Shown here one piece after another: positions 1 through 10,643 of a stretch of DNA of 64,000 nt. A program made the position numbers and the translations under genes. The stretch covers positions 62,001 through 126,000 of the forward strand of contig CALSCP010002431.1 of the NCBI GenBank assembly GCA_943704425.1, written 5' to 3'. The notes under the pieces were generated by a model. It was not told where the DNA came from. It worked only from the letters and a program-made list of their open reading frames with translations, and made no database searches. Source of the stretch: Ministeria vibrans ATCC 50519. Taxonomy: Eukaryota > Protista > Filasterea. How positions within the stretch are numbered: position 1 is the stretch's first letter; every line of letters starts with the position of its first letter.

Positions 1-1
1 C

Positions 2-1321
2 TCAAAAGCTGAGATCGCTTTTCTTGTCCGCGTCAGGCGCAGTGAGATCGCTTTTCTTTTCAGCGTCAAATGGGGTGAGACCGTGTTTGGGCATGTACTC
101 ACGAGTGCGTCGCTGAAAGAGCGGCTGGGATTCAGCACGGTACTTGCGGTGAATTTCGATGCGACGGAGACGCAGGAGACCGGTGCCAGTGTAGCGTGTG
201 CCAAGGGCCAAGTGGATGGCCGACATTGCAATCTTGTAATCATCGCGGGAGGGCATTTCGATGGAGAGGACGTTGCACAATCGCTCGACAGTGGTGTGCG
301 TGAGAATCATAGAAGATGGCTAGATGAAAGGGAAAGTAGCGAAGAGTCAGTCTGCTGAAGAAAGCCTGTTGATCATAGTGTTGTTGTTGTGTGCATACGA
401 AAATGTTGACCATGGAGAGAATGTGGTCGGTGGTGGCCTGACCGTCAAGCGCGCACATCAGCGTACTCTCCAGGACGTCGGAGGGGAAGGCTAGGCCCTC
501 GCGGCTGAAAAGCGAGAGAACGCCAATGACAAAGGCAGGCCGGGACGACGTAAAAAGCTCGCTGAAGAGCGGTGCGGCTGTGTCAACGCGCGTGATCTGC
601 TGCCCAAAGCGACGCCCCAGCTCCATTTCTTCCTCGTCCGTCCACTTGCTTGCCTTCTCACGCATTTCCTCCTTGTAGTTGGCCAAGAGCATGCTGAAAA
701 GAGGGTTCATGCGGAGATCCAGCGTGCCGTTCTCGGGCAGCAGATGAACGTGCAGTTGCAAGAGCACCTCCAGCCCATGCAGCATTTTGGACGACTGGGC
801 CTATAAAACAGTGTGAGTATGAGTGCCCCTGTTTGGCTTATTGACTGTATGTGGGACCTCTTGCACAAGGCTCATCAGACGGCCAACAAGAATGGGCGAG
901 TAGAGGGGCAGTGGCACTTCAGAGTGCTCAAGAAAGTGAATAAAGTGCTCGTCGAACTGGAATGGAGGGGCAGTCAAGTACACCTGAGGACACAAGAAAA
1001 AAACACACAGTCAGTGGCCTTTCCCCTCGCTACTTTGCTGTTTCCTTCTTGTCTCTCTCTAACACAATGTTCTTTTTCCCTCCTCCTCCTCCCTCTTTAT
1101 CACTTTGTTGTTTCTTTTTATCACTCGGTTCTTTCTCCCTCCTCCTCCTCCCTCTCTATCACTTTTGTTGTTTCCTTCTTGTCCCTCTCTAACACAATGT
1201 TTCTCTCTCTCTCTCTGTATCACTTTGTACTTTCTCCTCTCTCTCTCCCTCTCTGTGTCACTTTGTTCTTCCCCCCCCTTTGACAACACCGAGGAGTACA
1301 CGCGCCTCAATGCGTTCATCA
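2..1321 (-). CDS. Downstream exons of an uncharacterised helical protein, probably the 3' continuation of the gene at 1740-4412; runs off the window edge
   Basis: Coding-like segments at ~1280-1321, ~826-984 (after tcctcag, VYLTAPPFQFDEHF...), ~400-801 (ttttatag acceptor, ...MLHGLEVLLQLHVHLL...) and 2-~350 are separated by GT-AG introns. Linkage to the upstream ORF crosses an N-gap and is inferred. Confidence 0.45.
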
Positions 1322-1639
1322 NNNNNNNNNNNNNNNNNNNNNNNNNNNNNNNNNNNNNNNNNNNNNNNNNNNNNNNNNNNNNNNNNNNNNNNNNNNNNNN
1401 NNNNNNNNNNNNNNNNNNNNNNNNNNNNNNNNNNNNNNNNNNNNNNNNNNNNNNNNNNNNNNNNNNNNNNNNNNNNNNNNNNNNNNNNNNNNNNNNNNNN
1501 NNNNNNNNNNNNNNNNNNNNNNNNNNNNNNNNNNNNNNNNNNNNNNNNNNNNNNNNNNNNNNNNNNNNNNNNNNNNNNNNNNNNNNNNNNNNNNNNNNNN
1601 NNNNNNNNNNNNNNNNNNNNNNNNNNNNNNNNNNNNNNN
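1322..1639. other. Assembly gap (N run) followed by a (CT)n tract
   Basis: N run seen directly; (CT)n at 1640-1715. Confidence 0.99.
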
Positions 1640-1720
<81 letters not shown>

Positions 1721-1739
1721 CTTTGTTTCTTTCTCCCTC

Positions 1740-4412
1740 CTATTCGTACGGGTTGCTCTTGTTGCGACAGCAATCGGTTGACTGCATGTCCATTTGGACG
1801 GTGCGGAAGCACATCTCACGGGCATTGGTGAGATGAATTTTGGCAGTGGGGGGGAATGAAGGGCCGAGGGGATCAACGCAGAGGCAGATGTTGAGAGCGC
1901 TGGCGAGGAGACGGCGGGCGACGGCGCCTGAGCCACGGTGAAAAAACCCCAGGGTGCGAACAATGTTGTCCCAGGATTGGTTGGGGGCAGTCAGGACTTG
2001 CTCGGCCCACAATGCGTGAATGCGTAGAAAAGTACGCGTGTTGCTCTGCATCAGAAAGCGCGAGACGGTCTCGGCGACAACGTCGTGCGAAACAGGATGG
2101 TAAATGTGTCGGGCGTCTTCGTGGCTGCCTGGCGTGCGCACCATCACATGCGGTGCAATGTCGCGCTGCATGCGGCGGCAGGCAAGGATATAGTCCTGGC
2201 GCAGGTCTATGGGCGCGGGCATGCGCTCGGGACGGTTGAGCAACTGCGAGTCAAGCACAAACGCCAGGTGCGTTGTCGCTTCGGTGCTGTTCTGCGCAAC
2301 AAGTGCTGAGGCGTAAAGCGCCGTAGCCAGCCGCGCGTCTGTCTTGCCCTTCATCATGAGCATGTTGACCTTGGACGCGATTCGCCTGTTCGACGAAGAA
2401 TGCGTTGAGGAGACCGTCGAGAACTGTGCGGCCATGGCAAGCTCGGTGGCACGCCCTGTGAGCCTCTTAAAGCGACGGTCACGCAGGATCTCTTCCAGCA
2501 GCACCGCCGCCATGGCTCCGTTCCCGGCGCGCGCACAGCTCTGCAGCAGACCCAGTCGCGCGGCTCCTTCAATTTTGGCCATTTTCTGAAACATTGTCTT
2601 TGTTGGCATTTCGTTGACGACTTCCTCTTCGGCAATCGGTCTGCGTCGCTTGTGAGGCATTTCGCCAACTGTGAGAGGATTCGGGACGATGGAAGAGGCA
2701 GGAAATAAGTCATTCCTGAATTTGACGGTGGAGAGAGCGTCGTGGATGGGAGCGATGCCGTCGGCACGGGCACGAGCGGAGATGGCGCGCATGCTGTCGA
2801 GGTTTGCAGCGAGCAAGCAAATGGCAGGGGCGCAAAAACGGTACGCAAAGGGCTTGCGAAAGGAGTCGATGATGGTCGCCCAGTCGACCGTTGCGAGCGG
2901 GATGCCGTGGATATCCGTCTGGAGGTCCGTCTGAAAGTCCTTGTCCAGCGCGCTGTCAAGGGTGCTCTCAAAGGACATATCAGATGACCGGGAGTTGCGA
3001 CTGCTCTTGGTGCGGCTGTCGGTGTTGGTGTTGATGTTGGTGCTGGTACTGGTGCTAGCGGCTGTGTCGTTGATACTTCCATGGTCGTCCATGTCGCTCT
3101 CGGTGTTGCGATCATGGAAGGCATTGCTGCCGGTAATGGCCTGCTGAAAGGACTTGGCAATGCGATTGTCGGTGATGTCGGTGCCACGGGCCACGGCAAG
3201 GAGAGCGACTGAGCCGGCGCCAAGAATGTTCTGCGAGCACGCAAAGGGCCACACTACACGCTTGAGAGCATCTGCGGGGAAAGTGTACCCGTGGTGCCTC
3301 TCGTAGAAGTTGACTGCATCCAGTATGCGAGAAAAGCGAGGTGGGGAGGGCAGGAGGGCCGCCTTGACGAACTTGAGGGCAACCTTGGGCCGTGCTTTGT
3401 ACTCGGGCGAGAGCGCGTCGTACATGACCAGGGCGCTCTTCTTGTCGTTGAGCGCCAGATACGAGTCCATGAGCGATGACATCATCATATCGTCAACCTT
3501 GAAACCGAATGTCTCCTGCAGCTCATTGAGGTAGTTGGTAGCCTCCTTGATGCGGTGGCGACGCGCCTTGGCCAGTTCCACACCGCTCGCGTCGCGCGGC
3601 AGAGGCGCATGGAGGTAGGCGAGGAAGACGGTGTTACGCGACTGGATGCTTGGGGCAATCTCCGTCGCCTCTACAACCGACTTGACGTACTCGGGGGTGA
3701 GGCAGGCCTTGTCGTTGCTCGTCACCAGTACGTGAGAAAGCACAGAGAGTGCAACGGACGTGACATCGGCAATGGTCTTGGGCTCAAAGGGACCTTCGCT
3801 GTAGTTTTTCAGACCTGCAGCGCGATGGAGAACGGCCTGGATACGTCGTGGGGGCTCGGCGCGGAAGAAGAGGGCGCGCATGACGCGCCGCAGCAGAGGC
3901 AGCTGCGTGTCCACAGTGGGCATTTCGCGCGCGATCCAACTTGCGTCGTCGTAGCGCCCGTACTCGTGGAGGCCGTCGAGGACGCGGATGTACAGCTGGG
4001 GAATCAGCGCGCTGACGCCGACGGAGCTGTCCGTGGGCGGCTTGAGGTACTTGGGCGCCTCCACGAGAATCTCGCGTGCGCGTTCGCTGCGGAACTCATC
4101 GGGGGCGTTGAGCCAGGGCGAGAAGAGATCGTCCAGGAGCGATCGCACCGCCACGACGCTCACGGTGCGCGTCTGCCCGTGGGACTGGAGGAACACAAGC
4201 TGCATGCGCTGGTTGAAGACCTCGGGCGTGATGAGCTTCTGGAACTGCTGCGCTGCCTTGGCCAGCGGCGTCGACGACAGCGATGGCATCACTTTGCGCC
4301 GCCACTCGGCCGTGTTGCGCTTGATGCCGCTGGGGTACGCGCTGGAAGCATGCCTCAGTCCAACGACCAACCACCCCGGCGCACGGCGCAGTCGCGGCAC
4401 GAGTCGGTGCAT
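1740..4412 (-). CDS. Large mitochondria-targeted helical-repeat (PPR-like) protein, first exon
   Basis: Long GC-rich ORF. The likely start MHRLVPRLRRAPGWLVVGLRHASS is Arg-rich and acid-free, like a transit peptide. PPR-like segments include PSIQSRNTVFLAYL, DDMMMSSLMDSYLALNDKKSALVMYDAL and LLQSCARAGNGAMAAVLLEEI. Confidence 0.5.
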   Translation of the reverse strand: MHRLVPRLRRAPGWLVVGLRHASSAYPSGIKRNTAEWRRKVMPSLSSTPLAKAAQQFQKLITPEVFNQRMQLVFLQSHGQTRTVSVVAVRSLLDDLFSPWLNAPDEFRSERAREILVEAPKYLKPPTDSSVGVSALIPQLYIRVLDGLHEYGRYDDASWIAREMPTVDTQLPLLRRVMRALFFRAEPPRRIQAVLHRAAGLKNYSEGPFEPKTIADVTSVALSVLSHVLVTSNDKACLTPEYVKSVVEATEIAPSIQSRNTVFLAYLHAPLPRDASGVELAKARRHRIKEATNYLNELQETFGFKVDDMMMSSLMDSYLALNDKKSALVMYDALSPEYKARPKVALKFVKAALLPSPPRFSRILDAVNFYERHHGYTFPADALKRVVWPFACSQNILGAGSVALLAVARGTDITDNRIAKSFQQAITGSNAFHDRNTESDMDDHGSINDTAASTSTSTNINTNTDSRTKSSRNSRSSDMSFESTLDSALDKDFQTDLQTDIHGIPLATVDWATIIDSFRKPFAYRFCAPAICLLAANLDSMRAISARARADGIAPIHDALSTVKFRNDLFPASSIVPNPLTVGEMPHKRRRPIAEEEVVNEMPTKTMFQKMAKIEGAARLGLLQSCARAGNGAMAAVLLEEILRDRRFKRLTGRATELAMAAQFSTVSSTHSSSNRRIASKVNMLMMKGKTDARLATALYASALVAQNSTEATTHLAFVLDSQLLNRPERMPAPIDLRQDYILACRRMQRDIAPHVMVRTPGSHEDARHIYHPVSHDVVAETVSRFLMQSNTRTFLRIHALWAEQVLTAPNQSWDNIVRTLGFFHRGSGAVARRLLASALNICLCVDPLGPSFPPTAKIHLTNAREMCFRTVQMDMQSTDCCRNKSNPYE

Positions 4413-4551
4413 GCGTGCGCGAAAATGAATTACTCTGATAATTCTCAACTGAGAAAAAGTTGAAAAAATCACTTCAACTAAATATTCGGAGATCACTGCT
4501 CTTTCTCGTTTCAGATTTGACAGTACTAAGTGCTCCTCCATTCTTGCCCCT

Positions 4552-5034
4552 ATGGTAGGCCGTTCAAAGAATCCTCTTTTTCTTCACACTCTGTCTTCTT
4601 CTCTCTCTCTCCCACTCTCTCTTACTCTCTCTCTCTCTCTCTCACTCTCTCCCTCTCTCTGCTCCGGATCCTTTCAATGCCCGCTTTGCACCTTCGCAGG
4701 ATCTCGAAACGTGCCTCCAGTCGCACCTGAGTCGGTAAGACCAAAAAAGCGCTGAACGAGTCAGTGCTCAATGGACTGTCTTCTCTCGCTGCAGCGTTGA
4801 CGGCCTCATTGCCATTGTGGTTGCCGACAGAGACGGGATCATCGTAGGGAAAGGTAGGACAGGCTGCGACCGCAAGGACGTCCCGTGAAGTAACAGTGCG
4901 TCTGTTTGCAGTCACAAGCGGAAGTGTCCCCGACAAGATCCTCGAGCCGTCCACGCTGACTGCCTTTGCCACCTCTCTTGAGCAGGTCCGTCTTCCAGAG
5001 ACACACAGAGAAATCAGAGAAAACATCTCACATA

Positions 5035-5065
<31 letters not shown>

Positions 5066-5516
5066 TGCTCTTATATTGTTTCTCTCTTTCACTTTGTTCT
5101 TTCTACTCTATCACTTTGGTCTTTCTCCTCTTTCTTCTTTATCACTTTGGTCTTTCTCCTCTTCTTTATCACTTTGGTCTTTCTCCTCTTCTTTATCACT
5201 TTGGTCTTTCTCCTCTCTTCCTCTCTCTTCTCTCTCTCTCAGGCATCCAAATTGGGACTGGACAAGAGCAGATCAATTGTGTCCATTTTCGAGAAACACC
5301 AGTTGGTTGTCATGGGCGAACTGCCTCTCATCATTTGTATTCTGGGCACATTCACGTCTGCAACAGGTACAAAAAGGAAGAAACAATGCCAACAACAACA
5401 TATAATCCGCTTCCCAACAAGGCTCTCTCGTGACGTGCGGCAATGAGCTGCATACCGCACTGGAACCGTTGGTTGCGACATTCCGTCGCAAAGCACACGA
5501 GCTGGGCCTGGAGTAG
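4552..5516 (+). CDS. LAMTOR3: Ragulator subunit LAMTOR3 (MP1); 6 exons, not visible in the ORF track
   Basis: Spliced product M|DLETCLQSHLSR|VDGLIAIVVADRDGIIVGK|VTSGSVPDKILEPSTLTAFATSLEQ|ASKLGLDKSRSIVSIFEKHQLVVMGELPLIICILGTFTSATG|SLVTCGNELHTALEPLV... matches LAMTOR3 motifs (AIVVSDRDG, QGSKLGLSKNKSII). All introns are GT-AG. Confidence 0.9.
5108..5215 (+). repeat. ~28-bp tandem repeat (tatcactttggtctttctcctcttcttt) x4 in a LAMTOR3 intron
   Basis: Seen directly. Confidence 0.85.
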
Positions 5517-5731
5517 ATCAACCCGATGCCCCAATATTAATCATCAGTGTGAAAATAGAATCATAATTTGCAATATTTTTAAACAATAGTACGAAGACTT
5601 TGAGAAGGAACGTAATATGAAATAAATGAAAAGGTAACAAGGATACTGAAACCTGCTATAGATATCGGCGGTTTTGAATCAAACAAAATAACTGTACACT
5701 GCTACGACAATACAAAAATGACAAGATTGAA

Positions 5732-7348
5732 TCAGCGCTTTTTCCCCTTTTGCTTTGTGGTGAGCGGAGTGGCGTGACCTTTCTCCTTGACATGCTGGAA
5801 AAGACGATTACGCGTGTCAAAGTCCTTCGCACACACGAGACAGGTAAAGCCAAGCCCATAGTGCTCCACCTCCACCGTCACCGCATTACGCTCCTCCCGC
5901 CGCTGCAACCGCGCCTCTTTTGCCTTCCGGCCCGTCAGCTTCTTCTTCTTCTTCTTTGCCTGCTGCTCCTCCTCCTCCATCTCCCCTTCCTTCTCCTCCA
6001 CCTTCTCCTTTTCCTCTTCCTTCTTTGCGCCCAGCCCCATCTCACCCACCAACATTCCCACCAGTGCTTCATCACTCATCCCCCCCAACACCTTCTTCTT
6101 CCGTCTCTCCTTCCGTCTTCGTCCCTCCATCATCACCACTTGATCCTCTTCCCCATCCCCTTCGTCCTCTTCTTCTTCTTCTTGCCCATCCCCTTCTTCT
6201 CCTTCCTCCTCTTCTCCTTCCCCCTTTTCTTCTTCTTCTTCTTCTCCTTCTTCTTCTTCTTCTTCTTCACCATTCTCTTCCCTCCCGTGCCTCTCCCTCT
6301 CTTCCTCATCCTGTGCAATTAGCTCCCGTCGCACTGCCTCCAGCCGCTTCAGGTGCAACTTACTCCGCTCGTGGTTCATAAACGCCCCTTGCGACTTAAA
6401 TGCCTTGTCACAGATGACACATATTGGCATACACATCCCTTCATCCATGGCCCCTTTTTCTCCATCATTCTCTTCGCCCCCGCTTGCCCCTCCACTGCGC
6501 GAGCCCTTCCCTCCGTCACTCTCATTCCCTCCATCGCCGTAGATCTGTGCCATGGTGGCTTGGTGCTGTGCTTCAATCCCAACCAGCGCTGCCGCTCGCG
6601 CTCGCTTCTCTTCTTCCTGTCGATGTCGTTGTAGTGCTTCGCGCTCGTCTCGTTCGCGCTGTTGTGCCGCAACCAGTGCAGCAACTCGTGGATCGCGCCG
6701 CTTAGCAAACGCCACGAGCGCACGCACCGTCTCGTTGTAGCGCCGTCGTGCAACCACCCGCTCGCGCTCGTTCTCCTTCTCCATGGCGCGACGATGTGCT
6801 CGATTGGGTGCATCGCGAAGGTCCCACTTGTCGTGCCACGAGAAAAGACGCGACGTGGAAAAGGCCGACCAGTGGGCGTAAAACTCGCGAACGTCGTCGG
6901 CGACGGCGTACGCATTGCCAAAGGGCGGATGGTCTTCGTCGTTGGCGCCGGCTCGCTCCTCGTGCTCGCCAAGATCGCGAAAGATGCCGGCGTAGACAGC
7001 ATAGAAGCCGTGCGAATCGTCGCCAAAGCCAGTGAAGCACGTTGCCGTGAAATACTGCATCAAGTTTTCTGCACCGCTCCAGTCGTCCTCTGCCTCGTCG
7101 CCCTGCCGCCGCCCGTCGCCGCCGCCTCGAAGAATCTGCTCACGGTGCTGGTCGTACCAGGCGCGCTCTTGAGGATCGCTCAGCGTCTCATACGCAGCTT
7201 GCACGTTTCGAAACTCGGCCGTTGCCTTCTCGGCATCGTCGGGATTCTTGTCGGGATGCCAGCGCAACGCAAGCTTCCGATACGCCTTGCGCAGCTCGTC
7301 TCCACTCGCAGTCATTTCCACCTCCAGAACTTCATAGTGGCACCGCAT
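5732..7348 (-). CDS. DNAJC21: DnaJ subfamily C member 21 (Jjj1-like 60S biogenesis co-chaperone), intronless
   Basis: MRCHYEVL start, J-domain with HPD motif, zuotin-homology region ([15 protein letters not shown]...MEKENER), two C2H2 fingers ([10 protein letters not shown]...HERSKLH; [23 protein letters not shown]) and an acidic tract. Confidence 0.95.
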   Translation of the reverse strand: MRCHYEVLEVEMTASGDELRKAYRKLALRWHPDKNPDDAEKATAEFRNVQAAYETLSDPQERAWYDQHREQILRGGGDGRRQGDEAEDDWSGAENLMQYFTATCFTGFGDDSHGFYAVYAGIFRDLGEHEERAGANDEDHPPFGNAYAVADDVREFYAHWSAFSTSRLFSWHDKWDLRDAPNRAHRRAMEKENERERVVARRRYNETVRALVAFAKRRDPRVAALVAAQQRERDEREALQRHRQEEEKRARAAALVGIEAQHQATMAQIYGDGGNESDGGKGSRSGGASGGEENDGEKGAMDEGMCMPICVICDKAFKSQGAFMNHERSKLHLKRLEAVRRELIAQDEEERERHGREENGEEEEEEEGEEEEEEKGEGEEEEGEEGDGQEEEEEDEGDGEEDQVVMMEGRRRKERRKKKVLGGMSDEALVGMLVGEMGLGAKKEEEKEKVEEKEGEMEEEEQQAKKKKKKLTGRKAKEARLQRREERNAVTVEVEHYGLGFTCLVCAKDFDTRNRLFQHVKEKGHATPLTTKQKGKKR

Positions 7349-7764
7349 GCTTGATCTGTGGGTTGAGTAAATTAATGTCGTATTGTCGTTGAATTTCACT
7401 CATCAGTTGCATTAGCTATTGCATACGTTTACGCAACAGTGAGTTATCACAACACATACGTCACCAGAAACAGTCGCCCAAGAAAGACAGTTGGCGTGTG
7501 CGACTCACTTACACGCTGTGAGTGCGCGAATCAATGTGACTCGTCTTGATCACTCGTTGATTGAGTATTCTTCAAAATGTTAAAAATATATTATTAAGTA
7601 CATTGCATTGCGTTATTTTATAGAAACTTTCAAAATATTGATACAAGCCAAAATGAGACTCGCAGTCTCATCTGTAGTGTCGTCTATCAGTAGCCACACC
7701 GTTGATTGAGAATTGTTGTTGCATAGCGTGTTCGTTTTCATGAGTATTGTACAAGAGTGTCAAA

Positions 7765-10323
7765 TCAGACGCCACCACCGCTGCGGTCGACGGGAATGCG
7801 GTGGCTGTGATCGTTGTTGCGCATCTGGACTACATGAGCGAGTCGAGAGTTGGCGACGGTGCCACGCTTGATGTTGGCCATGAGCGTGAGAAACTCGTCG
7901 AGCTCAATCGAGCCCGATTCGTCCGTGTCGACCTCGTCAAAGAGCTGGCGGATCTGGTGCGTGGAGATCTCCGAGCCGGTCATTTTAAGAAGACGTTGAA
8001 GTTCGTCGGCGCGAATGACATCGGCAGGCCCGGCAATGGCACGGAACTCCCGTGTGAACTCGCCAATGTCCTGGATGGAGAGCACTTCCTTGTAGGGCAC
8101 CTTTTCACGAGCAAAAAGCTGTGCAGCCCGTCCCATAGTGAGCAGGAAGGCCTCAGCGTCAGCCAACTCCTTCTTGCAACGCGCCTCGTCCCACTTGAGC
8201 TGCTTGGCCATAATCTGGATGATGCGCGGGACCACCTCGCGCGCCGCTTCGACGTTGAGGAAGGCGAGACGAGTACGACGCGCAATGACATCGACAACAG
8301 TGCAGGCGTACTCCTTGCGCGTCGCGTACTTGATCTCGGCCTCAATGACCGGGAACTCTTCGAGCAAACGCCGTCCGACGACAGGCCATCGCCTGCCCGT
8401 CATGTGGGCCATGGCGCAAATTTCGCCGGCCTTGTCGCCGTACGTGTGCGACAAATGCAAGGCGACGTCCTCGTCGACACCGTAGTCCTGCGACAGCTGA
8501 ATGTGCATCATGGGATTCCACGAGCGGCCGCCCGTCAACATGAGTCCCAGAGTCGACGAGGATCGCTTCGCCTTCGCCTTGAGCTCGGGGTGTGCTCTGA
8601 GAGCAGCGTCAACCGTGTCGGCGGCCATGATGCGGTACGTGGTCCACTTGCCACCGGTAATGGTAACCATGCCCGAGTCGGATACCTCCACGAAGTGGTC
8701 GCGCACCACCGACTGAGTGTCGGTGGCGTCAGGATTGACAACGAGCGGGCGAATCCCCGAGAAGGCGCTGAGAACATCGCCGCGGCGCACCTTGATCTCG
8801 GGGCCCAGGTAGTTCTGCACCTCGTTCAGGATAAACTGCACCGCAGCCTCGCTCGGCGACGGTGAGTGTGTCACTTCCGTCGCCTCGTCCGTCGTCCCCG
8901 CAAGTGTCTTTCCCTCCCACGGCAAAAAGAAAATAACACGCCCGTCGCTCGTCTCAGGGTCAAGCAAGCCCACTAAAAAAACAGTCAAACAGGTCAGAAG
9001 GAGTGTCAGACATCAGCAGGTGTGTGTTACTTGTTCGAGGCGAATAGTACGCGGGAAGCACCACATGCACTCCAGCACTTCCTTGAATCAACTTTTTCGC
9101 CGATGGATTGTCCATCAATCGGACGTTGTCTGAATCACAAAAAAAAAAAACTTTTAGCAAAGGAAAAAAAAGACAACAAAAGAAAAACATAAAAAAAACA
9201 ATAAAAAAGTTCTTCAGCTGGGTGTCCATAAAGGACGATTATCAGCAAGGAAACTCAGAAGACCGTCGTGAATAGTCAAAGAGTTATCATCATCAGAACA
9301 AAACAAAAGGAGTGATAGAGGAAAAGGAAGAGAAACAAAGAGAGAACCCAAAAAAAAGTGATAGACGTACCAACAAAGGGACCCGTTGCGTTGATGACAC
9401 ACTTGGCCTTGACATCGTATTCCAACCCTGACATATGGTCGTGCACACGTGCCCCACTCACTGTTCCTTCTTCCTGCACACATAAAACAAACGAGGTCAG
9501 CATTGAACGCCAGCGCACATTTGGTATACCGTTTTGATGAGAGACACGACAGAACAATGGTTGACGGTAGTGGCGCCCATCTCGGCGGCAGTAAGGGCAA
9601 TGGCCAGATTCATGCGGGCGTCGTTGTGCGCTCCGTCATAGTACACGATCGCCCCTTTGAGCTCGTCACGCTTGAGCATCGCAAACTCCTCAAGCGCATC
9701 GTCCTTTTTGAGAAAGTAGCTCGGCTTCAGCAGCTGCCGCCCCGACACCAGATCATACATTTTGATGCCTGCGTAGAAGTACGGTATTTTCCACCACGAG
9801 TACACTGGCAGCATAATCGGCAGCTGAAACAAAACAAGAGTTTAACTTTCCACACACACACGCACACAACACAAAAAATAAAATAAAAATAAAAAGAATC
9901 TTCAGCTGGGTGTCCATAAAGGACGATTATCAGCAAGGAAACTCAGAAGACCGTCGTGAATAGTCAAAGAGTTATCATCATCAGATTCAAAATAACAATT
10001 TACACACAAGAAGAGCGTTTCTTACGGGATGACTGAGATGCGGCGCAATGTCCAGGAGATTGGCACGCTCTTGAAGAGCTTCCCTGACGAGACGGTACTG
10101 GGCCATGTCCAGCTGCATGATCGCCTTCTGAAGGTAGCGCACGCCGCCGTGGATGAGCTTTGTCGAGCGACTGCTCGTGCCCGAAGAAAAATCAGATCCT
10201 TCGACGAGCGCAACGGAGAGGCCGCGCGAGCAGCCATCAAGCGCAACCCCAGAGCCTGTCGCCCCGCCTCCAATGACCAGCACATCGAATTCGCGCTCTT
10301 TCAGCGTCGCAATATGCATTTGT
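7765..10323 (-). CDS. GPD2: Mitochondrial FAD-dependent glycerol-3-phosphate dehydrogenase with C-terminal EF-hands; 5' end lost in gap
   Basis: DVLVIGGGATGSG FAD motif, GTSSRSTKLIHGGVRYL, YYDGAHNDARMN, VINATGPF, SGIRPLV, TITGGKWTTYR and EF-hand DTDESGSIELDEF. Introns at ~8973-9030, 9130-9370, ~9474-9528 and 9824-10025. Confidence 0.97.
9209..9299 (-). ncRNA. Intronic box C/D snoRNA, U35/snR73-type (copy 1)
   Basis: Minus strand: gttct-g-ATGATGA (box C)...TCACGACGGTCT-t-CTGA (guide + box D')...TGATAA (box C'-like)...acccag-CTGA (box D)-agaac. The 5-bp terminal stem is gttct/agaac. The 12-nt guide is complementary to conserved LSU rRNA AGACCGUCGUGA. Confidence 0.9.
9896..9988 (-). ncRNA. Intronic box C/D snoRNA, U35/snR73-type (copy 2)
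   Basis: The 87-nt core is identical to copy 1. The terminal stem here is gaatct/agattc. It lies on the host sense strand in GPD2 intron 9824-10025. Confidence 0.9.
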
Positions 10324-10375
10324 CTACCCATCACAATGGGGCCGTGGTCGAGGTCGTCTATTACTCAGGCCTGGT

Positions 10376-10494
<119 letters not shown>

Positions 10495-10643
10495 CACTTT
10501 GTTTCTTTCTCCCTCCTCTCTCTCTCTCTCTCTCTCTCTATCACTGTGCTTGTTTCTTCATACCCTCTTTCTGTAACGGTGGTTTCTTTCTCTCTTCTCG
10601 TCCTCATCTGTGTTTGCTCAACATCTTAACCTGTTCTGCTCAG

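Noticed and set aside
1262-1300. Apparent non-canonical AAG|GG splice donor in the first gene
   Set aside because: Nearby GT donors in compatible frames exist and the adjacent gap prevents fixing the frame.
1059-1836. ORFs of ER/SL dipeptides spanning Ns, and similar ORFs at 10029-10679, 42546-43415 and 51944-52718
   Set aside because: They are translations of microsatellites and gaps inside introns.
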